Source: Lingula anatina
Lineage: Eukaryota; Animalia; Brachiopoda
Reading direction: 5' to 3'
Assembly (NCBI GenBank): GCA_051362555.1
Contig: JBPQGU010000016.1
Location: 4,650,001 to 4,714,000 of the forward strand
DNA: 64,000 nucleotides
Shown here one piece after another: positions 52,101 to 64,000 of the stretch. Numbering within the stretch: position 1 is the first letter of the stretch; each line of letters opens with the position of its first letter. The notes below the pieces were generated by a model. It searched no databases and had not been told where the DNA came from. It worked only from the letters and a program-made list of their open reading frames with translations. A program made the position numbers and the translations under genes.

Positions 52101-55100
52101 CTTCCAGCACTTTATTCTTACTACAAATGACCGAACACACCTACCTGACACTATAATGAAGAAAAAAAATTTTCATCCCTACCTGGCCAAAATTGAAGAA
52201 ATCTCACAGTGCCGGCACTGTTCAAAATCACTCAAAATCACCAAAAATCGACCCGTCTCCGATTTTTCCAAAAAGTGACGAAAATCAATCTACCACACCT
52301 GTCATTCATAAAAAATGTGGAAACGCGCCCGGGTCACTTCATCAAGGCCCAAAATTCTAGCTTTAAAGATGATCCAAAAATAAGCTCTGAGAACAGAATC
52401 TGAGAGGGGGGGGGGAGACAGAGTTTTTGCTCTATTTCTTCCTTAATGTTGACACCACCACTCTTCCAGCACTTTATTCTTACTACAAATGACCGAACAC
52501 ACCTACCTGACACTATAATGAAGAAAAAAAATTTTCATCCCTACCTGGCCAAAATTGAAGAAATCTCACAGTGCCGGCACTGTTCAAAATCACTCAAAAT
52601 CACCAAAAATCGACCCGTCTCCGATTTTTCCAAAAAGTGACGAAAATCAATCTACCACACCTGTCATTCATAAAAAATGTGGAAACGCGCCCGGGTCACT
52701 TCATCAAGGCCCCCAATTCTAGCTTTAAAGATGATCCAAAAATAAGCTCTGAGAACAGAATCTGAGAGGGGGGGGGGGGGGGGGAGACAGAGTTTTTGCT
52801 CTATTTCTTCCTTAATGTTGACACCACCACTCTTCCAGCACTTTATTCTTACTACAAATGACCGAACACACCTACCTGACACTATAATGAAGAAAAAAAA
52901 TTTTCATCCCTACCTGGCCAAAATTGAAGAAATCTCACAGTGCCGGCACTGTTCAAAATCACTCAAAATCACCAATAATCGACCCGTCTCCGATTTTTCC
53001 AAAAAGTGACGAAAATCAATCTACCACACCTGTCATTCATAAAAAATGAAGAAACGCGCCCGGGTCACTTCATCAAGGCCCCCAATTCTAGCTTTAAAGA
53101 TGATCCAAAAATAAGCTCTGAGAACAGAATCTGAGAGGGGGGGGGGGAGACAGAGTTTTTGCTCTATTTCTTCCTTAATGTTGACACCACCACTCTTCCA
53201 GCACTTTATTCTTACTACAAATGACCGAACACACCTACCTGACACTATAATGAAGAAAAAAAATTTTCATCCCTACCTGGCCAAAATTGAAGAAATCTCA
53301 CAGTGCCGGCACTGTTCAAAATCACTCAAAATCACCAAAAATCGACCCGTCTCCGATTTTTCCAAAAAGTGACGAAAATCAATCTACCACACCTGTCATT
53401 CATAAAAAATGTGGAAACGCGCCCGGGTCACTTCATCAAGGCCCACAATTCTAGCTTTAAAGATGATCCAAAAATAAGCTCTGAGAACAGAATCTGAGAG
53501 GGGGGGGGGGGAGACAGAGTTTTTGCTCTATTTCTTCCTTAATGTTGACACCACCACTCTTCCAGCACTTTATTCTTACTACAAATGACCGAACACACCT
53601 ACCTGACACTATAATGAAGAAAAAAAATTTTTCATCCCTACCTGGCCAAAATTGAAGAAATCTCACAGTGCCGGCACTGTTCAAAATCACTCAAAATCAC
53701 CAAAAATCGACCCGTCTCCGATTTTTCCAAAAAGTGACGAAAATCAATCTACCACACCTGTCATTCATAAAAAATGTGGAAACGCGCCCGGGTCACTTCA
53801 TCAAGGCCCCCAATTCTAGCTTTAAAGATGATCCAAAAATAAGCTCTGAGAACAGAATTTGAGAGGGGGGGGGGGGGGAGACAGAGTTTTTGCTCTATTT
53901 CTTCCTTAATGTTGACACCACCACTCTTCCAGCACTTTATTCTTACTACAAATGACCGAACACACCTACCTGACACTATAATGAAGAAAAAAAATTTTCA
54001 TCCCTACCTGGCCAAAATTGAAGAAATCTCACAGTGCCGGCACTGTTCAAAATCACTCAAAATCACCAAAAATCGACCCGTCTCCGATTTTTCCAAAAAG
54101 TGACGAAAATCAATCTACCACACCTGTCATTCATAAAAAATGTGGAAACGCGCCCGGGTCACTTCAACAAGGCCCCCAATTCTAGCTTTAAAGATGATCC
54201 AAAAATAAGCTCTGAGAACAGAATCTGAGAGGGGGGGGGGGAGACAGAGTTTTTGCTCTATTTCTTCCTTAATGTTGACACCACCACTCTTCCAGCACTT
54301 TATTCTTACTACAAATGACCGAACACACCTACCTGACACTATAATGAAGAAAAAAAATTTTCATCCCTACCTGGCCAAAATTGAAGAAATCTCACAGTGC
54401 CGGCACTGTTCAAAATCACTCAAAATCACCAAAAATCGACCCGTCTCCGATTTTTCCAAAAAGTGACGAAAATCAATCTACCACACCTGTCATTCATAAA
54501 AAATGTGGAAACGCGCCCGGGTCACTTCATCAAGGCCCCCAATTCTAGCTTTAAAGATGATCCAAAAATAAGCTCTGAGAACAGAATCTGAGAGGGGGGG
54601 GGGGGGAGACAGAGTTTTTGCTCTATTTCTTCCTTAATGTTGACACCACCACTCTTCCAGCACTTTATTCTTACTACAAATGACCGAACACACCTACCTG
54701 ACACTATAATGAAGAAAAAAAATTTTCATCCCTACCTGGCCAAAATTGAAGAAATCTCACAGTGCCGGCACTGTTCAAAATCACTCAAAATCACTAAAAA
54801 TCGACCCGTCTCCGATTTTTCCAAAAAGTGACGAAAATCAATCTACCACACCTGTCATTCATAAAAAATGTGGAAACGCGCCCGGGTCACTTCATCAAGG
54901 CCCCCAATTCTAGCTTTAAAGATGATCCAAAAATAAGCTCTGAGAACAGAATCTGAGAGGGGGGGGGGGGGGAGACAGAGTTTTTGCTCTATTTCTTCCT
55001 TAATGTTGACACCACCACTCTTCCAGCACTTTATTCTTACTACAAATGACCGAACACACCTACCTGACACTATAATGAAGAAAAAAAATTTTCATCCCTA

Positions 55101-58100
55101 CCTGGCCAAAATTGAAGAAATCTCACAGTGCCGGCACTGTTCAAAATCACTCAAAATCACCAAAAATCGACCCGTCTCCGACTTTTCCAAAAAGTGACGA
55201 AAATCAATCTACCACACCTGTCATTCATAAAAAATGTGGAAACGCGCCCGGGTCACTTCATCAAGGCCCCCAATTCTAGCTTTAAAGATGATCCAAAAAT
55301 AAGCTCTGAGAACAGAATCTGAGATGGGGGGGGGGAGACAGAGTTTTTGCTCTATTTCTTCCTTAATGTTGACACCACCACTCTTCCAGCACTTTATTCT
55401 TACTACAAATGACCGAACACACCTACCTGACACTATAATGAAGAAAAAAAATTTTCATCCCTACCTGGCCAAAATTGAAGAAATCTCACAGTGCCGGCAC
55501 TGTTCAAAATCACTCAAAATCACCAAAAATCGACCTGTCTCCGATTTTTCCAAAAAGTGACGAAAATCAATCTACCACACCTGTCATTCATAAAAAATGT
55601 GGAAACGCGCCCGGGTCACTTCATCAAGGCCCCCAATTCTAGCTTTAAAGATGATCCAAAAATAAGCTCTGAGAACAGAATCTGAGAGGGGGGGGGGAGA
55701 CAGAGTTTTTGCTCTATTTCTTCCTTAATGTTGACACCACCACTCTTCCAGCACTTTATTCTTACTACAAATGACCGAACACACCTACCTGACACTATAA
55801 TGAAGAAAAAAAATTTTCATCCCTACCTGGCCAAAATTGAAGAAATCTCACAGTGCCGGCACTGTTCAAAATCACTCAAAATCACCAAAAATCGACCCGT
55901 CTCCGATTTTTCTAAAAAGTGACGAAAATCAATCTACCACACCTGTCATTCATAAAAAATGTGGAAACGCGCCCGGGTCACTTCATCAAGGCCCCCAATT
56001 CTAGCTTTAAAGATGATCCAAAAATAAGCTCTGAGAACAGAATCTGAGAGGGGGGGGGGGGGGGAGACAGAGTTTTTGCTCTATTTCTTCCTTAATGTTG
56101 ACACCACCACTCTTCCAGCACTTTATTCTTACTACAAATGACCGAACACACCTACCTGACACTATAATGAAGAAAAAAAATTTTCATCCCTACCTGGCCA
56201 AAATTGAAGAAATCTCACAGTGCCGGCACTGTTCAAAATCACTCAAAATCACCAAAAATCGACCCGTCTCCGATTTTTCCAAAAAGTGACGAAAATCAAT
56301 CTACCACACCTGTCATTCATAAAAAATGTGGAAACGCGCCCGGGTCACTTCATCAAGGCCCCCAATTCTAGCTTTAAAGATGATCCAAAAATAAGCTCTG
56401 AGAACAGAATCTGAGAGGGGGGGGGGGGAGACAGAGTTTTTGCTCTATTTCTTCCTTAATGTTGACACCACCACTCTTCCAGCACTTTATTCTTACTACA
56501 AATGACCGAACACACCTACCTGACACTATAATGAAGAAAAAAAATTTTCATCCCTACCTGGCCAAAATTGAAGAAATCTCACAGTGCCGGCACTGTTCAA
56601 AATCACTCAAAATCACCAAAAATCGACCCGTCTCCGATTTTTCCAAAAAGTGACGAAAATCAATCTACCACACCTGTCATTCATAAAAAATGTGGAAACG
56701 CGCCCGGGTCACTTCATCAAGGCCCCCAATTCTAGCTTTAAAGATGATCCAAAAATAAGCTCTGAGAACAGAATCTGAGAGTGGGGGGGGGGGGAGACAG
56801 AGTTTTTGCTCTATTTCTTCCATAATGTTGACACCACCACTCTTCCAGCACTTTATTCTTACTACAAATGACCGAACACACCTACCTGACACTATAATGA
56901 AGAAAAAAAATTTTCATCCCTACCTGGCCAAAATTGAAGAAATCTCACAGTGCCGGCACTGTTCAAAATCACTCAAAATCACCAAAAATCGACCCGTCTC
57001 CGATTTTTCCAAAAAGTGACGAAAATCAATCTACCACACCTGTCATTCATAAAAAATGTGGAAACGCGCCCGGGTCACTTCATCAAGGCCCCCAATTCTA
57101 GCTTTAAAGATGATCCAAAAATAAGCTCTGAGAACAGAATCTGAGAGGGGGGGGGGGGAGACAGAGTTTTTGCTCTATTTCTTCCTTAATGTTGACACCA
57201 CCACTCTTCCAGCACTTTATTCTTACTACAAATGACCGAACACACCTACCTGACACTATAATTAAGAAAAAGAATTTTCATCCCTACCTGGCCAAAATTG
57301 AAGAAATCTCACAGTGCCGGCACTGTTCAAAATCACTCAAAATCACCAAAAATCGACCCGTCTCCGATTTTTCCAAAAAGTGACGAAAATCAATCTACCA
57401 CACCTGTCATTCATAAAAAATGTGGAAACGCGCCCGGGTCACTTCATCAAGGCCCCCAATTCTAGCTTTAAAGATGATCCAAAAATAAGCTCTGAGAACA
57501 GAATCTGAGAGGGGGGGGGGGGGGGGAGACAGAGTTTTTGCTCTATTTCTTCCTTAATGTTGACACCACCACTCTTCCAGCACTTTATTCTTACTACAAA
57601 TGACCGAACACACCTACCTGACACTATAACGAAGAAAAAAAATTTTCATCCCTACCTGGCCAAAATTGAAGAAATCTCACAGTGCCGGCACTGTTCAAAA
57701 TCACTCAAAATCACCAAAAATCGACCCATCTCCGATTTTTCCAAAAAGTGACGAAAATCAATCTACCACACCTGTCATTCATAAAAAATGTGGAAATGCG
57801 CCCGGGTCACTTCATCAAGGCCCCCAATTCTAGCTTTAAAGATGATCCAAAAATAAGCTCTGAGAACAGAATCTGAGAGGGGGGGGGGGAGACAGAGTTT
57901 TTGCTCTATTTCTTCCTTAATGTTGACACCACCACTCTTCCAGCACTTTATTCTTACTACAAATGACCGAACACACCTACCTGACACTATAATGAAGAAA
58001 AAAAATTTTCATCCCTACCTGGCCAAAATTGAAGAAATCTCACAGTGCCGGCACTGTTCAAAATCACTCAAAATCACCAAAAATCGACCCGTCTCCGATT

Positions 58101-61100
58101 TTTCCAAAAAGTGACGAAAATCAATCTACCACACCTGTCATTCATAAAAAATGTGGAAACGCGCCCGGGTCACTTCATCAAGGCCCCCAATTCTAGCTTT
58201 AAAGATGATCCAAAAATAAGCTCTGCGAACAGAATCTGAGAGGGGGGGGGGGAGACAGAGTTTTTGCTCTATTTCTTCCTTAATGTTGACACCACCACGC
58301 TTCCAGCACTTTATTCTTACTACAAATGACCGAACACACCTACCTGACACTATAATGAAGAAAAAAAATTTTCATCAGTACCTGGCCAAAATTGAAGAAA
58401 TCTCACAGTGCCGGCACTGTTCAAAATCACTCAAAATCACCAAAAATCGACCTGTCTCCGATTTTTCCAAAAAGTGACGAAAATCAATCTACCACACCTG
58501 TCATTCATAAAAAATGTGGAAACGCGCCCGGGTCACTTCATCAAGGCCCCCAATTCTAGCTTTAAAGATGATCCAAAAATAAGCTCTGAGAACAGAATCT
58601 GAGAGGGGGGGGGGGAGACAGAGTTTTTGCTCTATTTCTTCCTTAATGTTGACACCACCACTCTTCCAGCACTTTATTCTTACTACAAATGACCGAACAC
58701 ACCTACCTGACACTATAATGAAGAAAAAAAATTTTCATCCCTACCTGGCCAAAATTGAAGAAATCTCACAGTGCCGGCACTGTTCAAAATCACTCAAAAT
58801 CACCAAAAATCGACCCGTCTCCGACTTTTCCAAAAAGTGACGAAAATCAATCTACCACACCTGTCATTCATAAAAAATGTGGAAACGCGCCCGGGTCACT
58901 TCATCAAGGCCCCCAATTCTAGCTTTAAAGATGATCCAAAAATAAGCTCTGAGAACAGAATCTGAGATGGGGGGGGGGAGACAGAGTTTTTGCTCTATTT
59001 CTTCCTTAATGTTGACACCACCACTCTTCCAGCACTTTATTCTTACTACAAATGACCGAACACACCTACCTGACACTATAATGAAGAAAAAAAATTTTCA
59101 TCCCTACCTGGCCAAAATTGAAGAAATCTCACAGTGCCGGCACTGTTCAAAATCACTCAAAATCACCAAAAATCGACCCGTCTCCGATTTTTCCAAAAAG
59201 TGACGAAAATCAATCTACCACACCTGTCATTCATAAAAAATGTGGAAACGCGCCCGGGTCACTTCATCAAGGCCCCCAATTCTAGCTTTAAAGATGATCC
59301 AAAAATAAGCTCTGAGAACAGAATCTGAGAGGGGGGGGGGGGGAGACAGAGTTTTTGCTCTATTTCTTCCTTAATGTTGACACCACCACTCTTCCAGCAC
59401 TTTATTCTTACTACAAATGACCGAACACACCTACCTGACACTATAATGAAGAAAAAAAATTTTCATCCCTACCTGGCCAAAATTGAAGAAATCTCACAGT
59501 GCCGGCACTGTTCAAAATCACTCAAAATCACCAAAAATCGACCCGTCTCCGATTTTTCCAAAAAGTGACGAAAATCAATCTACCACACCTGTCATTCATA
59601 AAAAATGTGGAAACGCGCCCGGGTCACTTCAACAAGGCCCCCAATTCTAGCTTTAAAGATGATCCAAAAATAAGCTCTGAGAACAGAATCTGAGAGGGGG
59701 GGGGGGAGACAGAGTTTTTGCTCTATTTCTTCCTTAATGTTGACACCACCACTCTTCCAGCACTTTATTCTTACTACAAATGACCGAACACACCTACCTG
59801 ACACTATAATGAAGAAAAAAAATTTTCATCCCTACCTGGCCAAAATTGAAGAAATCTCACAGTGCCGGCACTGTTCAAAATCACTCAAAATCACCAAAAA
59901 TCGACCCGTCTCCGATTTTTCCAAAAAGTGACGAAAATCAATCTACCACACCTGTCATTCATAAAAAATGTGGAAACGCGCCCGGGTCACTTCATCAAGG
60001 CCCCCAATTCTAGCTTTAAAGATGATCCAAAAATAAGCTCTGAGAACAGAATCTGAGAGGGGGGGGGGGGGAGACAGAGTTTTTGCTCTATTTCTTCCTT
60101 AATGTTGACACCACCACTCTTCCAGCACTTTATTCTTACTACAAATGACCGAACACACCTACCTGACACTATAATGAAGAAAAAAAATTTTCATCCCTAC
60201 CTGGCCAAAATTGAAGAAATCTCACAGTGCCGGCACTGTTCAAAATCACTCAAAATCACTTAAAATCGACCCGTCTCCGATTTTTCCAAAAAGTGACGAA
60301 AATCAATCTACCACACCTGTCATTCATAAAAAATGTGGAAACGCGCCCGAGTCACTTCATCAAGGCCCCCAATTCTAGCTTTAAAGATGATCCAAAAATA
60401 AGCTCTGAGAACAGAATCTGAGAGGGGGGGGGGGGGGGGAGACAGAGTTTTTGCTCTATTTCTTCCTTAATGTTGACACCACCACTCTTCCAGCACTTTA
60501 TTCTTACTACAAATGACCGAACACACCTACCTGACACTATAATGAAGAAAAAAAATTTTCATCCCTACCTGGCCAAAATTGAAGAAATCTCACAGTGCCG
60601 GCACTGTTCAAAATCACTCAAAATCACCAAAAATCGACCCGTCTCCGACTTTTCCAAAAAGTGACGAAAATCAATCTACCACACCTGTCATTCATAAAAA
60701 ATGTGGAAACGCGCCCGGGTCACTTCATCAAGGCCCCCAATTCTAGCTTTAAAGATGATCCAAAAATAAGCTCTGAGAACAGAATCTGAGATGGGGGGGG
60801 GGGAGACAGAGTTTTTGCTCTATTTCTTCCTTAATGTTGACACCACCACTCTTCCAGCACTTTATTCTTACTACAAATGACCGAACACACCTACCTGACA
60901 CTATAATGAAGAAAAAAAATTTTCATCCCTACCTGGCCAAAATTGAAGAAATCTCACAGTGCCGGCACTGTTCAAAATCACTCAAAATCACCAAAAATCG
61001 ACCCGTCTCCGATTTTTCCAAAAAGTGACGAAAATCAATCTACCACACCTGTCATTCATAAAAAATGTGGAAACGCGCCCGGGTCACTTCATCAAGGCCC

Positions 61101-64000
61101 CCAATTCTAGCTTTAAAGATGATCCAAAAATAAGCTCTGAGAACAGAATCTGAGAGGGGGGGGGAGACAGAGTTTTTGCTCTATTTCTTCCTTAATGTTG
61201 ACACCACCACTCTTCCAGCACTTTATTCTTACTACAAATGACCGAACACACCTACCTGACACTATAATGAAGAAAAAAAATTTTCATCCCTACCTGGCCA
61301 AAATTGAAGAAATCTCACAGTGCCGGCACTGTTCAAAATCACTCAAAATCACCAAAAATCGACCCGTCTCCGATTTTTCCAAAAAGTGACGAAAATCAAT
61401 CTACCACACCTGTCATTCATAAAAAATGTGGAAACGCGCCCGGGTCACTTCATCAAGGCCCCCAATTCTAGCTTTAAAGATGATCCAAAAATAAGCTCTG
61501 AGAACAGAATCTGAGAGGGGGGGGGGGGGGGAGACAGAGTTTTTGCTCTATTTCTTCCTTAATGTTGACACCACCACTCTTCCAGCACTTTATTCTTACT
61601 ACAAATGACCGAACACACCTACCTGACACTATAATGAAGAAAAAAAATTTTCATCCCTACCTGGCCAAAATTGAAGAAATCTCACAGTGCCGGCACTGTT
61701 CAAAATCACTCAAAATCACCAAAAATCGACCCGTCTCCGATTTTTCCAAAAAGTGACGAAAATCAATCTACCACACCTGTCATTCATAAAAAATGTGGAA
61801 ACGCGCCCGGGTCACTTCATCAAGGCCCCCAATTCTAGCTTTAAAGATGATCCAAAAATAAGCTCTGAGAACAGAATCTGAGAGGGGGGGGGGGGGAGAC
61901 AGAGTTTTTGCTCTATTTCTTCCTTAATGTTGACACCACCACTCTTCCAGCACTTTATTCTTACTACAAATGACCGAACACACCTACCTGACACTATAAT
62001 TAAGAAAAAGAATTTTCATCCCTACCTGGCCAAAATTGAAGAAATCTCACAGTGCCGGCACTGTTCAAAATCACTCAAAATCACCAAAAATCGACCCGTC
62101 TCCGATTTTTCCAAAAAGTGACGAAAATCAATCTACCACACCTGTCATTCATAAAAAATGTGGAAACGCGCCCGGGTCACTTCATCAAGGCCCCCAATTC
62201 TAGCTTTAAAGATGATCCAAAAATAAGCTCTGAGAACAGAATCTGAGAGGGGGGGGGGGGGGGAGACAGAGTTTTTGCTCTATTTCTTCCTTAATGTTGA
62301 CACCACCACTCTTCCAGCACTTTATTCTTACTACAAATGACCGAACACACCTACCTGACACTATAACGAAGAAAAAAAATTTTCATCCCTACCTGGCCAA
62401 AATTGAAGAAATCTCACAGTGCCGGCACTGTTCAAAATCACTCAAAATCACCAAAAATCGACCCGTCTCCGATTTTTCCAAAAAGTGACGAAAATCAATC
62501 TACCACACCTGTCATTCATAAAAAATGTGGAAATGCGCCCGGGTCACTTCATCAAGGCCCCCAATTCTAGCTTTAAAGATGATCCAAAAATAAGCTCTGA
62601 GAACAGAATCTGAGAGGGGGGGGGGGGGAGACAGAGTTTTTGCTCTATTTCTTCCTTAATGTTGACACCACCACTCTTCCAGCACTTTATTCTTACTACA
62701 AATGACCGAACACACCTACCTGACACTATAATGAAGAAAAAAAATTTTCATCCCTACCTGGCCAAAATTGAAGAAATCTCACAGTGCCGGCACTGTTCAA
62801 AATCACTCAAAATCACCAAAAATCGACCCGTCTCCGATTTTTCCAAAAAGTGACGAAAATCAATCTACCACACCTGTCATTCATAAAAAATGTGGAAACG
62901 CGCCCGGGTCACTTCATCAAGGCCCCCAATTCTAGCTTTAAAGATGATCCAAAAATAAGCTCTGCGAACAGAATCTGAGAGGGGGGGGGGAGACAGAGTT
63001 TTTGCTCTATTTCTTCCTTAATGTTGACACCACCACTCTTCCAGCACTTTATTCTTACTACAAATGACCGAACACACCTACCTGACACTATAATGAAGAA
63101 AAAAAATTTTCATCCCTACCTGGCCAAAATTGAAGAAATCTCACAGTGCCGGCACTGTTCAAAATCACTCAAAATCACCAAAAATCGACCCGTCTCCGAT
63201 TTTTCCAAAAAGTGACGAAAATCAATCTACCACACCTGTCATTCATAAAAAATGTGGAAACGCGCCCGGGTCACTTCATCAAGGCCCCCAATTCTAGCTT
63301 TAAAGATGATCCAAAAATAAGCTCTGAGAACAGAATCTGAGAGGGGGGGGGGGAGACAGAGTTTTTGCTCTATTTCTTCCTTAATGTTGACACCACCACT
63401 CTTCCAGCACTTTATTCTTACTACAAATGACCGAACACACCTACCTGACACTATAATGAAGAAAAAAAATTTTCATCCCTACCTGGCCAAAATTGAAGAA
63501 ATCTCACAGTGCCGGCACTGTTCAAAATCACTCAAAATCACCAAAAATCGACCCGTCTCCGATTTTTCCAAAAAGTGACGAAAATCAATCTACCACACCT
63601 GTCATTCATAAAAAATGTGGAAACGCGCCCGGGTCACTTCATCAAGGCCCCCAATTCTAGCTTTAAAGATGATCCAAAAATAAGCTCTGAGAACAGAATC
63701 TGAGAGGGGGGGGGGGAGACAGAGTTTTTGCTCTATTTCTTCCTTAATGTTGACACCACCACTCTTCCAGCACTTTATTCTTACTACAAATGACCGAACA
63801 CACCTACCTGACACTATAATGAAGAAAAAAAATTTTCATCCCTACCTGGCCAAAATTGAAGAAATCTCACAGTGCCGGCACTGTTCAAAATCACTCAAAA
63901 TCACCAAAAATCGACCCGTCTCCGATTTTTCCAAAAAGTGACGAAAATCAATCTACCACACCTGTCATTCATAAAAAATGTAGAAACGCGCCCGGGTCAC
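49136..64000. repeat. Satellite DNA array (right), same family and orientation, ~41 copies, open at window end
   Basis: Same monomer, with period ~361-369 bp; begins at agtttttgctctatttc; no 41-bp deletion monomers. Confidence 0.99.

Noticed and set aside
112-63941. Hundreds of 60-121-aa ORFs (MLTPPLFQ..., MPALFKIT..., MSGRCVRS...) as a tandem gene family
   Set aside because: They are reading frames of the satellite monomer. They overlap, break with G-run length and indels, and show no recognisable domain.

Overview
Eukaryotic (marine-invertebrate-like, inferred from the TE repertoire) heterochromatin. Two arrays of the same ~360-bp satellite in the same orientation (1-22574, ~63 monomers; 49136-64000, ~41 monomers) flank a 26.6-kb island of nested transposable elements. 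The island holds a complete 5002-bp Ty3/Gypsy (Mag-like) LTR retrotransposon with identical 102-bp LTRs and a GGTAC target-site duplication, two decayed tyrosine-recombinase (DIRS/Ngaro-group) retrotransposons, a spliced Kolobok-type transposase relic, a fold-back Tc1-type element, a piggyBac-type MITE, a CR1/L2 LINE tail, Helentron-like fragments, hAT-like MITEs and a 34-bp minisatellite. The many short ORFs in the arrays are satellite artefacts, and no host gene could be supported. I found no demonstrably new biological system. The most notable items are the centromere-like island-in-satellite layout, array-specific variants and higher-order repeats, the Tc1 element built from two transposase 3' halves, and three oddities of the young Gypsy copy. 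Family assignments rest on motif recognition by eye, not on database searches.
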